Shown: one piece after another, positions 39,956 to 50,966 of the stretch
Layout of the letters: each line of letters begins with the position of its first letter
How positions within the stretch are numbered: position 1 is the first letter of the stretch
Source of the DNA: Geosiphon pyriformis uo1
Lineage: Eukaryota > Fungi > Glomeromycota
Direction of reading: 5' to 3'
Assembly: GCA_016748015.1 (NCBI GenBank)
Contig: JAAOMT010000197.1
Location: 220,388 to 284,387 of the forward strand
Length of the DNA stretch: 64,000 nt
Program-made: the position numbers and the translations under genes
The notes under the pieces: generated by a model
Databases searched by the model: none
Told to the model about the DNA's origin: nothing
Seen by the model: only the letters and a program-made list of their open reading frames with translations

Positions 39956-41645
39956 ATGTTCTCACAGATTCGCAGTCTTCGCGGCAAACGAAAGGTCAAG
40001 ATGCACCTTAACAGTACACCTATTGTTCCGGCACAATCTCGAACATCGGGAAGAGAACTTAGTGATCGTGAGTCGGCACAAGACGGTCTGAATCAACGTC
40101 TGGCTGACCTGGAAATTGGGGTCGAGTTTAGACTGGACTTGCGTGCCGAGGACTTGACAGTTTTGAATGAATTGGGAGCGGGAAATGGTGGGACCGTCTC
40201 TAAGGTTATGCATGTGACAACAAAAACTATTATGGCTAAAAAGGTTAGTTTCATAACAATCGTTCTATAATAATTCATTTATTTATAATGAACCAGCTCG
40301 ATCACAGAAAAATGCTAAATATTAATCTTTTACCAATATCCTTTTCTAATCGTTAACCTCGATTTTCCGCTCAATAACTTGATATAAACGAAATATACTA
40401 GATCATTCATATTGATGCCAAACCGAGTGTTCGTAAACAAATTCTTCGCGAACTTCATATTCTTCATGAATGTAATTCACCATATATTGTATCATTTTAT
40501 GGGGCATTCATAACTGAGGGTGATATTTCCATGTGTATGGAGTATATGGATGTTGGGTAATTATTATATTTATGTTTACAACTCATTTATAACTTGACTA
40601 ATGCTCGTCTGTTTGTTTGACTTGAAGATCACTTGATAATATTTATAAGAAAAATGGTGCTGTTCCGTTAGAAATACTTGGAAAAATTACATATGCAGTA
40701 TGTGTATACGGTTGCCTTTTAAATTGTTAAACCGACTGCTTTTTGACACTATTCTATAAAATTTTATCATAGGTATTGGGGGGCCTTAATTATCTGTATC
40801 AGAGTCATCAAATCATTCACAGAGGTTTGTCAAATTGAACAAAATTTTGAATCAAATCATTCACATCAAAATCTTAAATCTATCATAATCCGCAAAAATT
40901 CCCCCTAGATGTGAAACCTTCGAATATCCTTGTCAATTCAAAAGGTCAAATAAAAATATGTGATTTTGGTGTTTCGGGTGAATTGATAAATTCAGTGGCC
41001 GATACTTTTGTAGGAACGTCACATTATATGTCTGTAAGTAAAATTTTACATCTAATTTCTTCTAATTTTAATTTTACAATTTCACAGACAAAGCAAAGTT
41101 TATTTACCAATAAAATTTGCTCTTACTTTGTGATAGCCTGAACGTATTCAAGGTTCTCCTTACACGGTACGCTCAGATGTTTGGTCTCTCGGTATTACCT
41201 TAATGGAACTAGCCATTGGAAGATTCCCGTTCCCACCCGATGGCAGTCAGTTAACAGTATTAGAGCTGTTGCAACATATTGTTAATGAACCAGCACCCGC
41301 ATTACCACCTGGAGAATTTCCCCGAGAGCTTGAAGATTTTGTTCAACAATGGTTTTGTATCATCACATTTTTTTATTTCACATGATTAAGATAATGCAAA
41401 GCTCATTAACTAATCCCGGAAAATATTAACTCTCCCGTTTTCAGTTTAACCAAGGATGTTAATAGGCGACCCGCACCACAAAATCTTCTGGTAAGTCTCA
41501 TTTTTTTTCGAAAAACGTCCAACCGGAATATCATCAGCTTTGCTAACCCACTTTTGTTCCCAATTTTCAGCAACATCGTTATGCCAAAGCAGCCGCCGCA
41601 TCACGCGTCAACGTTGAAGCTTGGGCAAATACTATCAAAAGATAG
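39956..41645 (+). CDS. STE7: MAP kinase kinase, Ste7/Fuz7/Byr1 type, 8 exons
   Basis: N-terminal basic docking site [10 protein letters not shown]; [10 protein letters not shown]; RKQILREL; [10 protein letters not shown]; [19 protein letters not shown]. Confidence 0.9.
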
Positions 41646-42397
41646 TTTGCCTATTTATCGGGACTATTTTTGAACTTAGAGGAGGAGACTTCGAGAAGGC
41701 CCGCTTTAGATTTCTGAATAACGAAAAGCGTTCCACAATTTTGGAGAAACCAATAACAATATGACATTCTTTCTCTTGGCTTTTTTTTGTACAGACCCAA
41801 TTTTTTTTTTTGAAAATTTACCGTTTTTTATTAATGTCGGTTTGTTAGATCGTGAATATCCGGTTCGGCTTTTGAGTCCTTTTGTAAACCTTGAAGTATT
41901 TAAAGGCTTAATTGCAATTTTTAAATCTTGTCCAAAATATATTGTAAATTGATCGTTAGATCGAACGAGCGAGATAACTTTGAATCTGGGGTTATATAAT
42001 TGGCTGCAGGGTTACGAGTAACATAGTGCTAAATAACGTCATGTGAACCCAGAATTGCAGATATTTTGATCAAACGCCTTGGGTGAAATAAATTCCTCTC
42101 GTACCTCACAGTCCTTCCCTTAGATTTGCCCATTAGACAGGTTATATTAAAACAAAATTAAGAGAAAATCGTTCTTAATTTGAGTTGAAAGGCAGGAAAT
42201 GTTCTGTAGAGATCTACCCATCCCCTTGATTATCTAACAACCTTTTTCATTCTGTGACAGCTCTGGAAAAGTTACAAAAGATGACAGGTATGTTTTATAT
42301 TAAGATAAAAACTTTACCATAAAACCTGAATGCAAAATATTGATTCTTCTGCTTGATATTCCAGTAAAATACAATATATGAAACTTATTTCTCTTAA

Positions 42398-43231
42398 TTA
42401 CTCCATGAGCGAATAAATCTCTCCCTTTTTATAAAGCTTTAACTCTTCCTGAAACTCTGGTAATCTTATGATTTTTTCCAATTGCTCGGCATTCAAGGCT
42501 GTATCTCCAGCATCTTGACGTTCTACAAGTTGCTCGACTTGGCGAATCTTTTTCTCGAGTGCTTTCATGCGTTTTTTAGTTGCCTCTGATTGTGAAATTG
42601 TAATTACGTTCGAGGGAGACACTGTAGATGTGGGATTTTTGGGAGATTTTGGTGATAAGGAGGCTTTTTCTGACTTGCTGGATTGAATAGACATCTTTTC
42701 AAGACTTCGAATAAGTATATCGTTTTCTAGTCGCGTCTGGTGACTTTTTTCACTCTCCAATTCTTCCTTCGAAGCTGTTGGCGCTCCTAATTCCTGTTCT
42801 GAAGGCAATAACGTTGGTATAGCTTCATCGTTGAGGGTGATTTTATTATCTCCTCCAAGCGCACTTTCGTTCTCGCTCTCACTATTACTACATTCGATCA
42901 AGTCCTTTTCCCGCTTCTCTTCTCGTTTCGCTTTACGCTTCTCATTCTTCTTTTGAGCTCTTGTTTTAACAACTTGCGGCTCTACCGATTTTTTCATTTT
43001 AACCTCTTGGAGTTCGGCTGCTGCAACCCGGGCATTCTTATACCGTTGTACGTCTTCCAATGGAACAAACCCTTCGCGAACACGCCTTTCTGGACGAAGT
43101 GAGCCGTCTGCTCGTCGCGTGGCGGGAATAATCCGTTCATTTGCGGTTGTGGTAACGATACCTGAAATGGTCGTTTCTGCTATTGTAGAGCGGGGTCTTA
43201 GTGTGCGTGCTTTGTTGTTGCTCGACATCAT
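42398..43231 (-). CDS. PYM1: Partner of Y14 and Mago (PYM/WIBG), single exon
   Basis: IIPATRRADGSLRPERRVREGFVPLEDVQRY Mago-binding motif; C-terminal KKRMKALEKKIRQVEQL...LNAEQLEKI. Confidence 0.9.
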   Translation of the reverse strand: MMSSNNKARTLRPRSTIAETTISGIVTTTANERIIPATRRADGSLRPERRVREGFVPLEDVQRYKNARVAAAELQEVKMKKSVEPQVVKTRAQKKNEKRKAKREEKREKDLIECSNSESENESALGGDNKITLNDEAIPTLLPSEQELGAPTASKEELESEKSHQTRLENDILIRSLEKMSIQSSKSEKASLSPKSPKNPTSTVSPSNVITISQSEATKKRMKALEKKIRQVEQLVERQDAGDTALNAEQLEKIIRLPEFQEELKLYKKGEIYSLME

Positions 43232-43319
43232 TTGGGGGAGAGCAAGTGGCTAGAAAGTTTCCTTTGATAACGGACTAGCTCTAATAGCATATATATGGTA
43301 TGGAGACAAAATGAATCTC

Positions 43320-43367
43320 TGACGTCACAGAAGCCATGTATTTGTTAATAAATATCATCAACACGTG
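43320..43367. promoter_or_regulatory. CRE (TGACGTCA, 43320-43327) and E-box (CACGTG, 43362-43367) upstream of PYM1
   Basis: Perfect palindromes 90-135 bp upstream of the start codon. Confidence 0.45.
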
Positions 43368-44639
43368 TCTTATGAATCATTTTTATTACACGCCCTCACC
43401 TGTATTCGCGTTGTATAGAATTTTACTCTGCTTTCGAATCTAAAGTTAAGCATTAATATTTAATAACTGTTTACGCATCTACACGAGGACCACTAAGTCC
43501 CGCCTGATAACTCAACACGAAAGGTGTCTTACTTTGTCAGACAGAAAGGAGGCTGGAATACTAACATCCCAGCGTTTGCAAGCAAATTTGTCTTTAACAG
43601 ACATGTAAAAGAAAAGGTTGTGGAAAGAGCTTGGAACTGAGAGTGTATCGGTCTGTATCACAGGGCCACCGCTCCACCTGATAGTTTAACATGAAAGAAT
43701 ATGCTCTTATTGTCTTGAGAGAATTGGTTATTTCAATCAGCCACATCAAATGTTGCAGAACTTGATAATTTCAAAAGTTAATGGTCACTTTGAAAGTTGT
43801 TTTTGTTGAAAATTTCACTAAATGTTATTATAGTTTATTGTTAGATTGTTAAACTAGTGAGAGCACCAAATGTTATGAAAATTGTTTTTAATTTAAGTTG
43901 TGAATTATGAAAGTGATACTGAATAATTTTACAATTATTTAAAATGTATTTATTTTACTGCATTTGAATTAAAAAACTTTCATTAAAATTAAATGAATAT
44001 ATAATCAAAAAAAAAGTATTTTTAAGAACTAAAATTATTTGTTTATATATATAGTTAAAATTATATTAAGTAATACTAAAAAACCATTATTAAACAAAAA
44101 AATAACTTACAATTATATTTTTAAAAATTCATTTATTGTATAATTGACTCATTGATTTAATTAAAACATTAATATTAATATTAAATTTTAAACTTATAAA
44201 AATACAAAATATACAATGATCATTTTTATGGAATTTAATAAAAAAATATAATAAATACATTTAAATTAATTATATATTTTGTAATAAATATTTATAATTA
44301 ATATAAATGTAAATAATAATTATATTTTATATGTTTAAAAAAAAATTTTATAAAGAAAAAAAGTAACAAAAATAATAACATAATATAATTAAGATTACAG
44401 TTTTTTAATGGCTAAAAAATATAATGAAATATAATTAAAAAAACAAAACAAAATATACAATAAATATAGTTAACAGTTATTATTAAACTAGTAAAAATTA
44501 AAGAAGAAAAAAAAAGAATTATTTTTTTAACATTGTGCAAATGAATAAAAAATAAAAAACTGATTTAGCTAATAAATTATTATTATTTTGGACCAGAAAA
44601 TTTAAATTTTAAATAATTATAGGTGTTAAAGTGACTCAC

Positions 44640-44819
44640 AAAAGTCATCATACCACCCGAGAAAATTTATTGTCAAGACAATATGAAATGTTCATAAGAA
44701 ACGCGACCACCTTGAACGAACTTATTGCTGATTTTCTCATTTGTTAATTTTTTACAAAAAAATATGTCAATTTTAAAAATCATAATCAATAAAATTTTTC
44801 GGGTGGTATCGTGACTTTT
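44640..44819. mobile_element. MITE-like element with ~33-bp terminal inverted repeats
   Basis: AAAAGTCATCATACCACCCGAGAAAATTTATTG (44640-44672) versus the reverse complement of 44787-44819, AAAAGTCACGATACCACCCGAAAAATTTTATTG; 4 mismatches; non-coding interior. Confidence 0.7.
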
Positions 44820-44940
44820 ATATATTTTACAATAAAGAAAATATCACCGATTTCAGACGTAACACAGATCCCAAAAATCTATTAAATTCTCATTGTTGTA
44901 TTATACCTAAAAACAATTTCACACAGCAAACTTGAGAAAG

Positions 44941-46797
44941 ATGGAAGAAGAAGAATTAATAACCAATGAATTACATTCCGAGCCTGCTTCAACGAGCACC
45001 TCTCCCTCCAAACCTCCAGAGATTTCCTATGAGCAACACGTGGCATATTTCAAAATGTGCCTAGAATTGTTACCAGAAGCTTACCAGAGTCTTGATACCC
45101 TGAGGTTCATAATTCCCAATCACTTCAAATTTCTTCCAAGCTGACTCTACTAGTATTTAATTCAAGACACTACTTTTCATTGAAAATTTACAGAATGACT
45201 TTAGCTTATTTTTGTTTGTCGGGTTTGGAACTACTTAATGCACTTGATACCTCATTTACCAAAGAAAGAAGGCGTGGCTGGATCGATTGGATATATGCTC
45301 AGCAAATATTACCAGATTCAAATAATCCGGGTTTATCTCTAATTTTCCTTGTTTTTGATCTGATTCCTATATTTGGTTTACATAATTAAAGAATAATATA
45401 TGCTAAATTCAACAGCTCTTAATGAAAAGATATGCGGGTTTAGAGGATCGCCTTTTTCTGGATCACATTTTGACCCTAATGGGGTGCGTCAATTTCTATA
45501 TTATACTTTAATCGGGATTCCGTGGTTGATATCTATTGTTATCAATTGTCCCACTAGTTTTATCTCTAAAAATATACCCCCGATTTTTAATTTAATTAGA
45601 CTCTTTCTTCTCGGTTACCATTTGACGCGGCTAATCTCGCAATGACTTATACCGCTCTATGTTCCTTGATCTTACTAGGTGATGATTTATCTCGGGTGGA
45701 TCGAAAAGCAATTGTGAACGCTCTAAGATATTTACAAAACGATGATGGCAGGTTGGTTGGCTTTCATTTCATTATTCTCTTATGCACTCCTTCATTTTTA
45801 CTTTTTTTGATGACACGAGCTAGTGGCATTCGAAAAGTTACACGCCAACATATCAAGGTATGGAATCCGACATGCGGTTTTTATATTGCGCTTGCGCGAT
45901 ATCGTACATTCTGAACGATTTCAGCGGTGTTAATATCAATTCTGCGATTGACTATATTAGAAAAAGCCATGTAAGAAAGAAAATTTATTTAAATCATATC
46001 AATGTTTAATGAAAGGTCATATAGCCTTTACATCGATATTTTTACAAAGGTTTATGATCATGGAATTGGTCAAGGTCCCAATAAAGAATCTCACGGTATA
46101 TACAACTATCGCCTGAAATTATTTCTTTATCTTCAACTTGCCTAAATATTAACTTTTATATAGGTGGCTCCACATATTGTGCAATCAGTTCACTTTACCT
46201 TCTGGGCCGTTTCAACGAAGGATTGTTGTCGAAAGACGAGACCATTTTTTGGTTATTATCGCGTCAGGAGTCTGGGTTCCAAGGGCGGGCGAATAAACGA
46301 CCTGATAGTTGTTATTCGTTTTGGATCGGAGCATCACTCAAGGTAAGGCTTATAAAAGCTCGAATCTTTAAATCCCATTTTATTTTCCCTCATGTTTCTG
46401 ACTCAAACATTTTTTCAGTTATTACAAGTTTTTGAGTTGATTGATTCTGAGTCAAATCGTGCCTTCTTGATAAAAACACAAACAAAATATGGTGGATTCG
46501 CAAAATGGCCTGCAGATAAAAACAGACTTGGTGAGATGACCATTTACCCCCCAGGTATCACAGATTTGTTCATTTAAATTTAAATGGTATTAGCTGTCTA
46601 ATCGATTTCCTCTAAAAAAAAGATTAACAAATTGGGGGTTTCCCGTTATGAATTTAGATCCAATGCATTCATATATGGGAATCGCGGGGCTCTCGTTAAT
46701 GGGTGAGCCAGGAATTTTAGAATTGGATCCTGCCATAAATATCTCAAAAAGAGCTTCAGAGCGTTTGATAAACACTAGCGTATTTTGGAAAGATTAA
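44941..46797 (+). CDS. CDC43: Geranylgeranyltransferase type I beta subunit, multi-exon
   Basis: HVAYFKMCLELLP..YQSLDT.RMTLAYFCLSGL, MTYTALCSLILLGDDLSRVDR, ESDMRF, ESHGGSTYCA, GFQGRANKRPDSCYSFWIG, DPMHSY. Confidence 0.92.
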
Positions 46798-47060
46798 ATA
46801 TTTATTGGCCTTGTATATATATATATATATATATTGTATTGGTATCATTAAACCTCAGACTCGCCCGCTTTCAGAATCAGATCTAAAATTTTCTGAATCT
46901 GTTATGCAACTTTAATCTGATGAGAAAATCAATCTTAGAAGTCCCGATCGGGAAATTTAAAAAAAAAGATGAAAAGTGTTACCTGGATAATCAGCTGCCT
47001 TAAAAAATATTTCCACCTGTAAACTTGGCCCAAGAAAAAATTCTCATTTTTGTTAACATT

Positions 47061-48927
47061 ATGAGTACCTATGATAAGTATGAGAGTCCTTTAACTTCGC
47101 GGTACGCTTCCGCCGAAATGGCCAAGCTCTTTTCTTCCGCTACACGCTTTTACACTTGGCGGAAACTTTGGCTCAATTTGGCTATAGCCGAGAAAGAATT
47201 AGGTTTGGTTGGGATCACTGACGAAGCCATCGAAGAAATGAAAACGCAACTGGTAAAAAAGCTTATACAACTTGAAATCTATCAAAATATCCAATTTTAC
47301 AATGTTTAAATCATTTATGAAAAAACCAACTAAACACTCCCGCACTCGTCCAGATTTTGAACGCTGCGGATTTTGAGACGGCTGCTGTTGAAGAAAAGAA
47401 AAGACGTCATGATGTAATGGCTCACGTGCACGCTTTTGGTTTAGTTGCTCCAAAAGCTGCTGGAATAATACATCTTGGAGCCACTAGTTGCTATGTTACC
47501 GATAATGGTGACTTGATTATATTGCGGGACGCTTTGGATTTGGTTATTGAAAAAATAGTTCGTGTAATCGATTGCTTGGCCAGATTTTCAAATGAGTTCA
47601 AGGATTTGGCTACTTTGGGATTTACGCATTTTCAACCGGCACAGTTAACCACCGTTGGGAAGCGGGCCACCTTGTGGATTCAGGTTTGAAACCGATTTGT
47701 GCTCAATCTTAATTATTCTCAAACTTCAATGCGAAAAATCGTTTAGTTTATTCTGATAAGATTGAATGCTCACAGGCATGTTATAGGAGCTTCTCTGGGA
47801 TCTACGAAATATATCGCGTGCACGCGATGACCTTGGATTTCGTGGCGTGAAAGGTACTACCGGTACTCAGGCATCCTTTCTAACTTTGTTTGAAGGCGAT
47901 CATAAAAAAGTAAGCTTTCACATAGCTAAATTCTTTTGAGAATAATTTCAAAATGGCTATTCTGGTTTTGAATTATCTTAAAGGTGGAGGCATTAGATCG
48001 GCGCGTTACTGAACTCTCCGGTTTCAAGCAAACATATCCCGTGACAGGACAAACTTACTCACGTAAAGTTGACGTTGATGTCCTGAACACCTTAAGTTCC
48101 TTCGGTGCTACAGCCCACAAAGTAGCTACTGATATCCGCCTTTTAGCAAGTCTCAAAGAGATCGAAGAACCCTTTGAGAAAGATCAAATAGGTAGCTCAG
48201 CTATGGCTTACAAGAGAAATCCAATGCGTTGTGAGCGTATATGTAGCTTGGCAAGACATTTGATGATCTTGTCACAAGATGCGTTAATGACAAGTAGCGT
48301 CCAATGGCTTGAACGCACGCTGGATGACAGGTAAGATCTACCCAACACCTTGTTTTTGAACTTTTTTGGAGCTAAAATGTTTAAAAACTTGTGATTAGCG
48401 CCAACCGAAGAATCTCCTTACCAGAGGCTTTTCTCACAGCAGACATTTTATTGACTACTTTACAAAACGTTTCGGAAGGGCTAGTCGTGTATCCTAAAGT
48501 CATCGCTCGCCATATCGCACAAGAATTACCATTTATGGCAACTGAGAATATTATCATGGCTATTGTCAAAAAAGGCGGCGATAGACAAATTTGTCATGAG
48601 GAGATTCGTGTGCTGAGTCACCAAGCTGCTCGCAAGGTTAAGGTGGAAGGTGGAGAAAATGATTTGATTGAACGAATTAAGAAAACAGAATATTTTCAAC
48701 TTATTTGGGAAGAGGTAAACTAAGCCTTTTTAGTGAGAATTTATTCTAAAGTTCATTTCCCTCACTTTTTTTTGGATTTGAAGCTTGATAGTTTGTTGGA
48801 TCCCAAGAGCTTTATCGGTCGCGCACCACAACAGGTTGATCAATTCTTGGCTGAGCATGTTTATCCGGCACTGAGGCCATATCAAAACCTCTTAAGTGTA
48901 GAAAAGCAAGCTATACTTAATGTTTAA
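47061..48927 (+). CDS. ADE13: Adenylosuccinate lyase
   Basis: [48 protein letters not shown] signature. Confidence 0.97.
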
Positions 48928-49290
48928 GGATGTGGTAAGCTCAAATTCAACATCTTTGTTTTAATAAACCTCTAAATGATAATGATGAATGATTTTGCAC
49001 GTCAGTCAAGAATGCTTACATGTTGACCAAATTAATCTATACCCAAATTTCTGAACGTTTAAATCGCTTCAATATGGAAACAGCTTGCTTTTTGTTTTTA
49101 TAATTCTCATAATATCGTTTTCTTAATCCCTCAGAGCACTTGGCTTCTGGATCTATGAACTTGAAGTTCTGCATAATTTCCGTGCGCGTCACGCGTCATT
49201 ACCTCAAATACTCTTGTTAACAAGCCACAGTCCAGGTAAATTCCGCATAATCTCTCAATCGACTTTTGTGCAATTTAAAAAAGAAAGAAA

Positions 49291-50726
49291 TTATGTCATC
49301 GAGTCTTGTTGGAGCCTTTTAACAAGGTCAATGGCCCCATTGCTTGGGAACTGGTCTTCCACTTTTCCAATGATTTTAAAATTTAATTAATGCTAGATCC
49401 ATATATAGACAAATGTTGAAGCAAATTAAAATCACTCACCATCTTCTCCAGATGATTGCAAATCTCTTTCAACTTTTTTCCGACACAACAACTCATGATT
49501 TTTTTCCAAGGTCATTAATAATTTCGGCACTAAATTAAAAACCAATTTAATGTCATAAAAAATTTACAAACCATAATAATTAAAATTACGTACTTAAAAG
49601 ACGCATCTTGTTTATCTCGGTGACCAGAGGACCGCTGCGGGAGGGCAGGTTTTGTTGGATCGCGTGCCTGTTACTTAAAGGACGTAGCTGATCGTGTAGA
49701 GCCTAGTGTTATAAAATTTAACATTATCATAAACTGGGACAGCACAGAAGATTGATTAATAAAGCGAACTAAATTTTTAGATAGGTTTGTCCCTTATAAT
49801 ACTCATGTTTTTGTTTCGTGATCCGGTACTTCTCTTGAAGGTTAATGACGCGTTTGTGAAGTTGAGAATACCTTGCGGTGTTGACAACCAAATCGCATTT
49901 TTCAGAATTGAGTGGGTTTTTGTAAGAGATTAACAAAGAGATGTTTTAATTTCACCTGTCAAGAGTCGTTTTGTCATACTTTAAGGGATTCTTACTGTCA
50001 TCTGGCCATTCTGAAGGGAGCGATTGGATCCAGCTACCAAGTTGGAATCCCAAAGTTAAATGTTAAGATCTTGTACAGATAATTCAAACTTACATTCAGA
50101 AAATCATACTATGCAATAACGTGACAAGATTCTTCATTTGACGACGTGAGTTTATTATTTCCTTTAACTATTATACGACTGTCCAACTCTTCTTTCATAT
50201 ATTCCTCGTGTACTAGAGCAACGCGGTTAAGTAATTGACCAACACCTTGGTGACTAAAAGTCTCTAAACATTGTTTTCGAACCCTAGTGTTTACTATGAG
50301 TTTGTAATAAAGGTTGAAATTTATACAGTTGACAGTATTAAAAGGAATGGTTTTGCAATTATAAAATTTGTGAGATTGTCAACGAGGGAAACGCAAAAAA
50401 GTAAAAAGCCAGATAGATAATCAGAGAACTTTTATGATAACGAGAATGACTTTTTTTTACATACACTCAAATAAAACGTCCTTAATAACGGAAGGAGGTA
50501 TCTTCTGGCGACGAGCGCTTGTTTTCGTCGTTAGATCTTTTGCTGATGGTTTAAACTCTTGCCGGAACAATGAAATTTGAGCTTCTATAAAGTCTCTTGT
50601 GGTTAGATAATCGAAAGGCTTGACACTTTGGGGAGTTGGAGCTGGTACCAATCTCATATTAGTCCTGCTATTCTTGGATGGTTGTGATTTATCGTTGCGT
50701 GTTATCAACGCGTTTTGTGTTAGCAT
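49291..50726 (-). CDS. Probable kinetochore Sim4-complex subunit Fta4-like protein, multi-exon
   Basis: Assembled exons TRDFIEAQISLFRQEFKPS, WIQSLPSEWP, RYSQLHKRVINL, LRPL...IQQNLPSRSGPLVTEINKMRLL resemble the recalled FTA4 family pattern; start codon uncertain. Confidence 0.55.
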
Positions 50727-50966
50727 TGTATTCTGCGGCAAACTTCAAAAATGTTGAATTTACCAATTAAAACTAAGACATATAGGGGATATAGGTTAGA
50801 TCCCATAAACCCATAAATTCTAGCAAACATTAAAAATTCATGGTGATCCTGAATAATGTACAATTCTGCCAAGTTCAAAACATGGCAATCAATACAAAAA
50901 AATACTCGAAAACCAATATCTCTCATCAGGAAAATTAATAGAAATTTATGCGATGAATATCCGACG

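Noticed and set aside
40336-40344. ATATCCTTT (AT-AC minor-intron donor) in STE7 intron 1
   Set aside because: It lies inside a normal GT-AG intron, and the same 9-mer occurs elsewhere in the window at non-splice positions
43504-43523. Hammerhead ribozyme-like CUGA...GAAA spacing
   Set aside because: The core reads CUGAUAA rather than CUGANGA, and stem II cannot form
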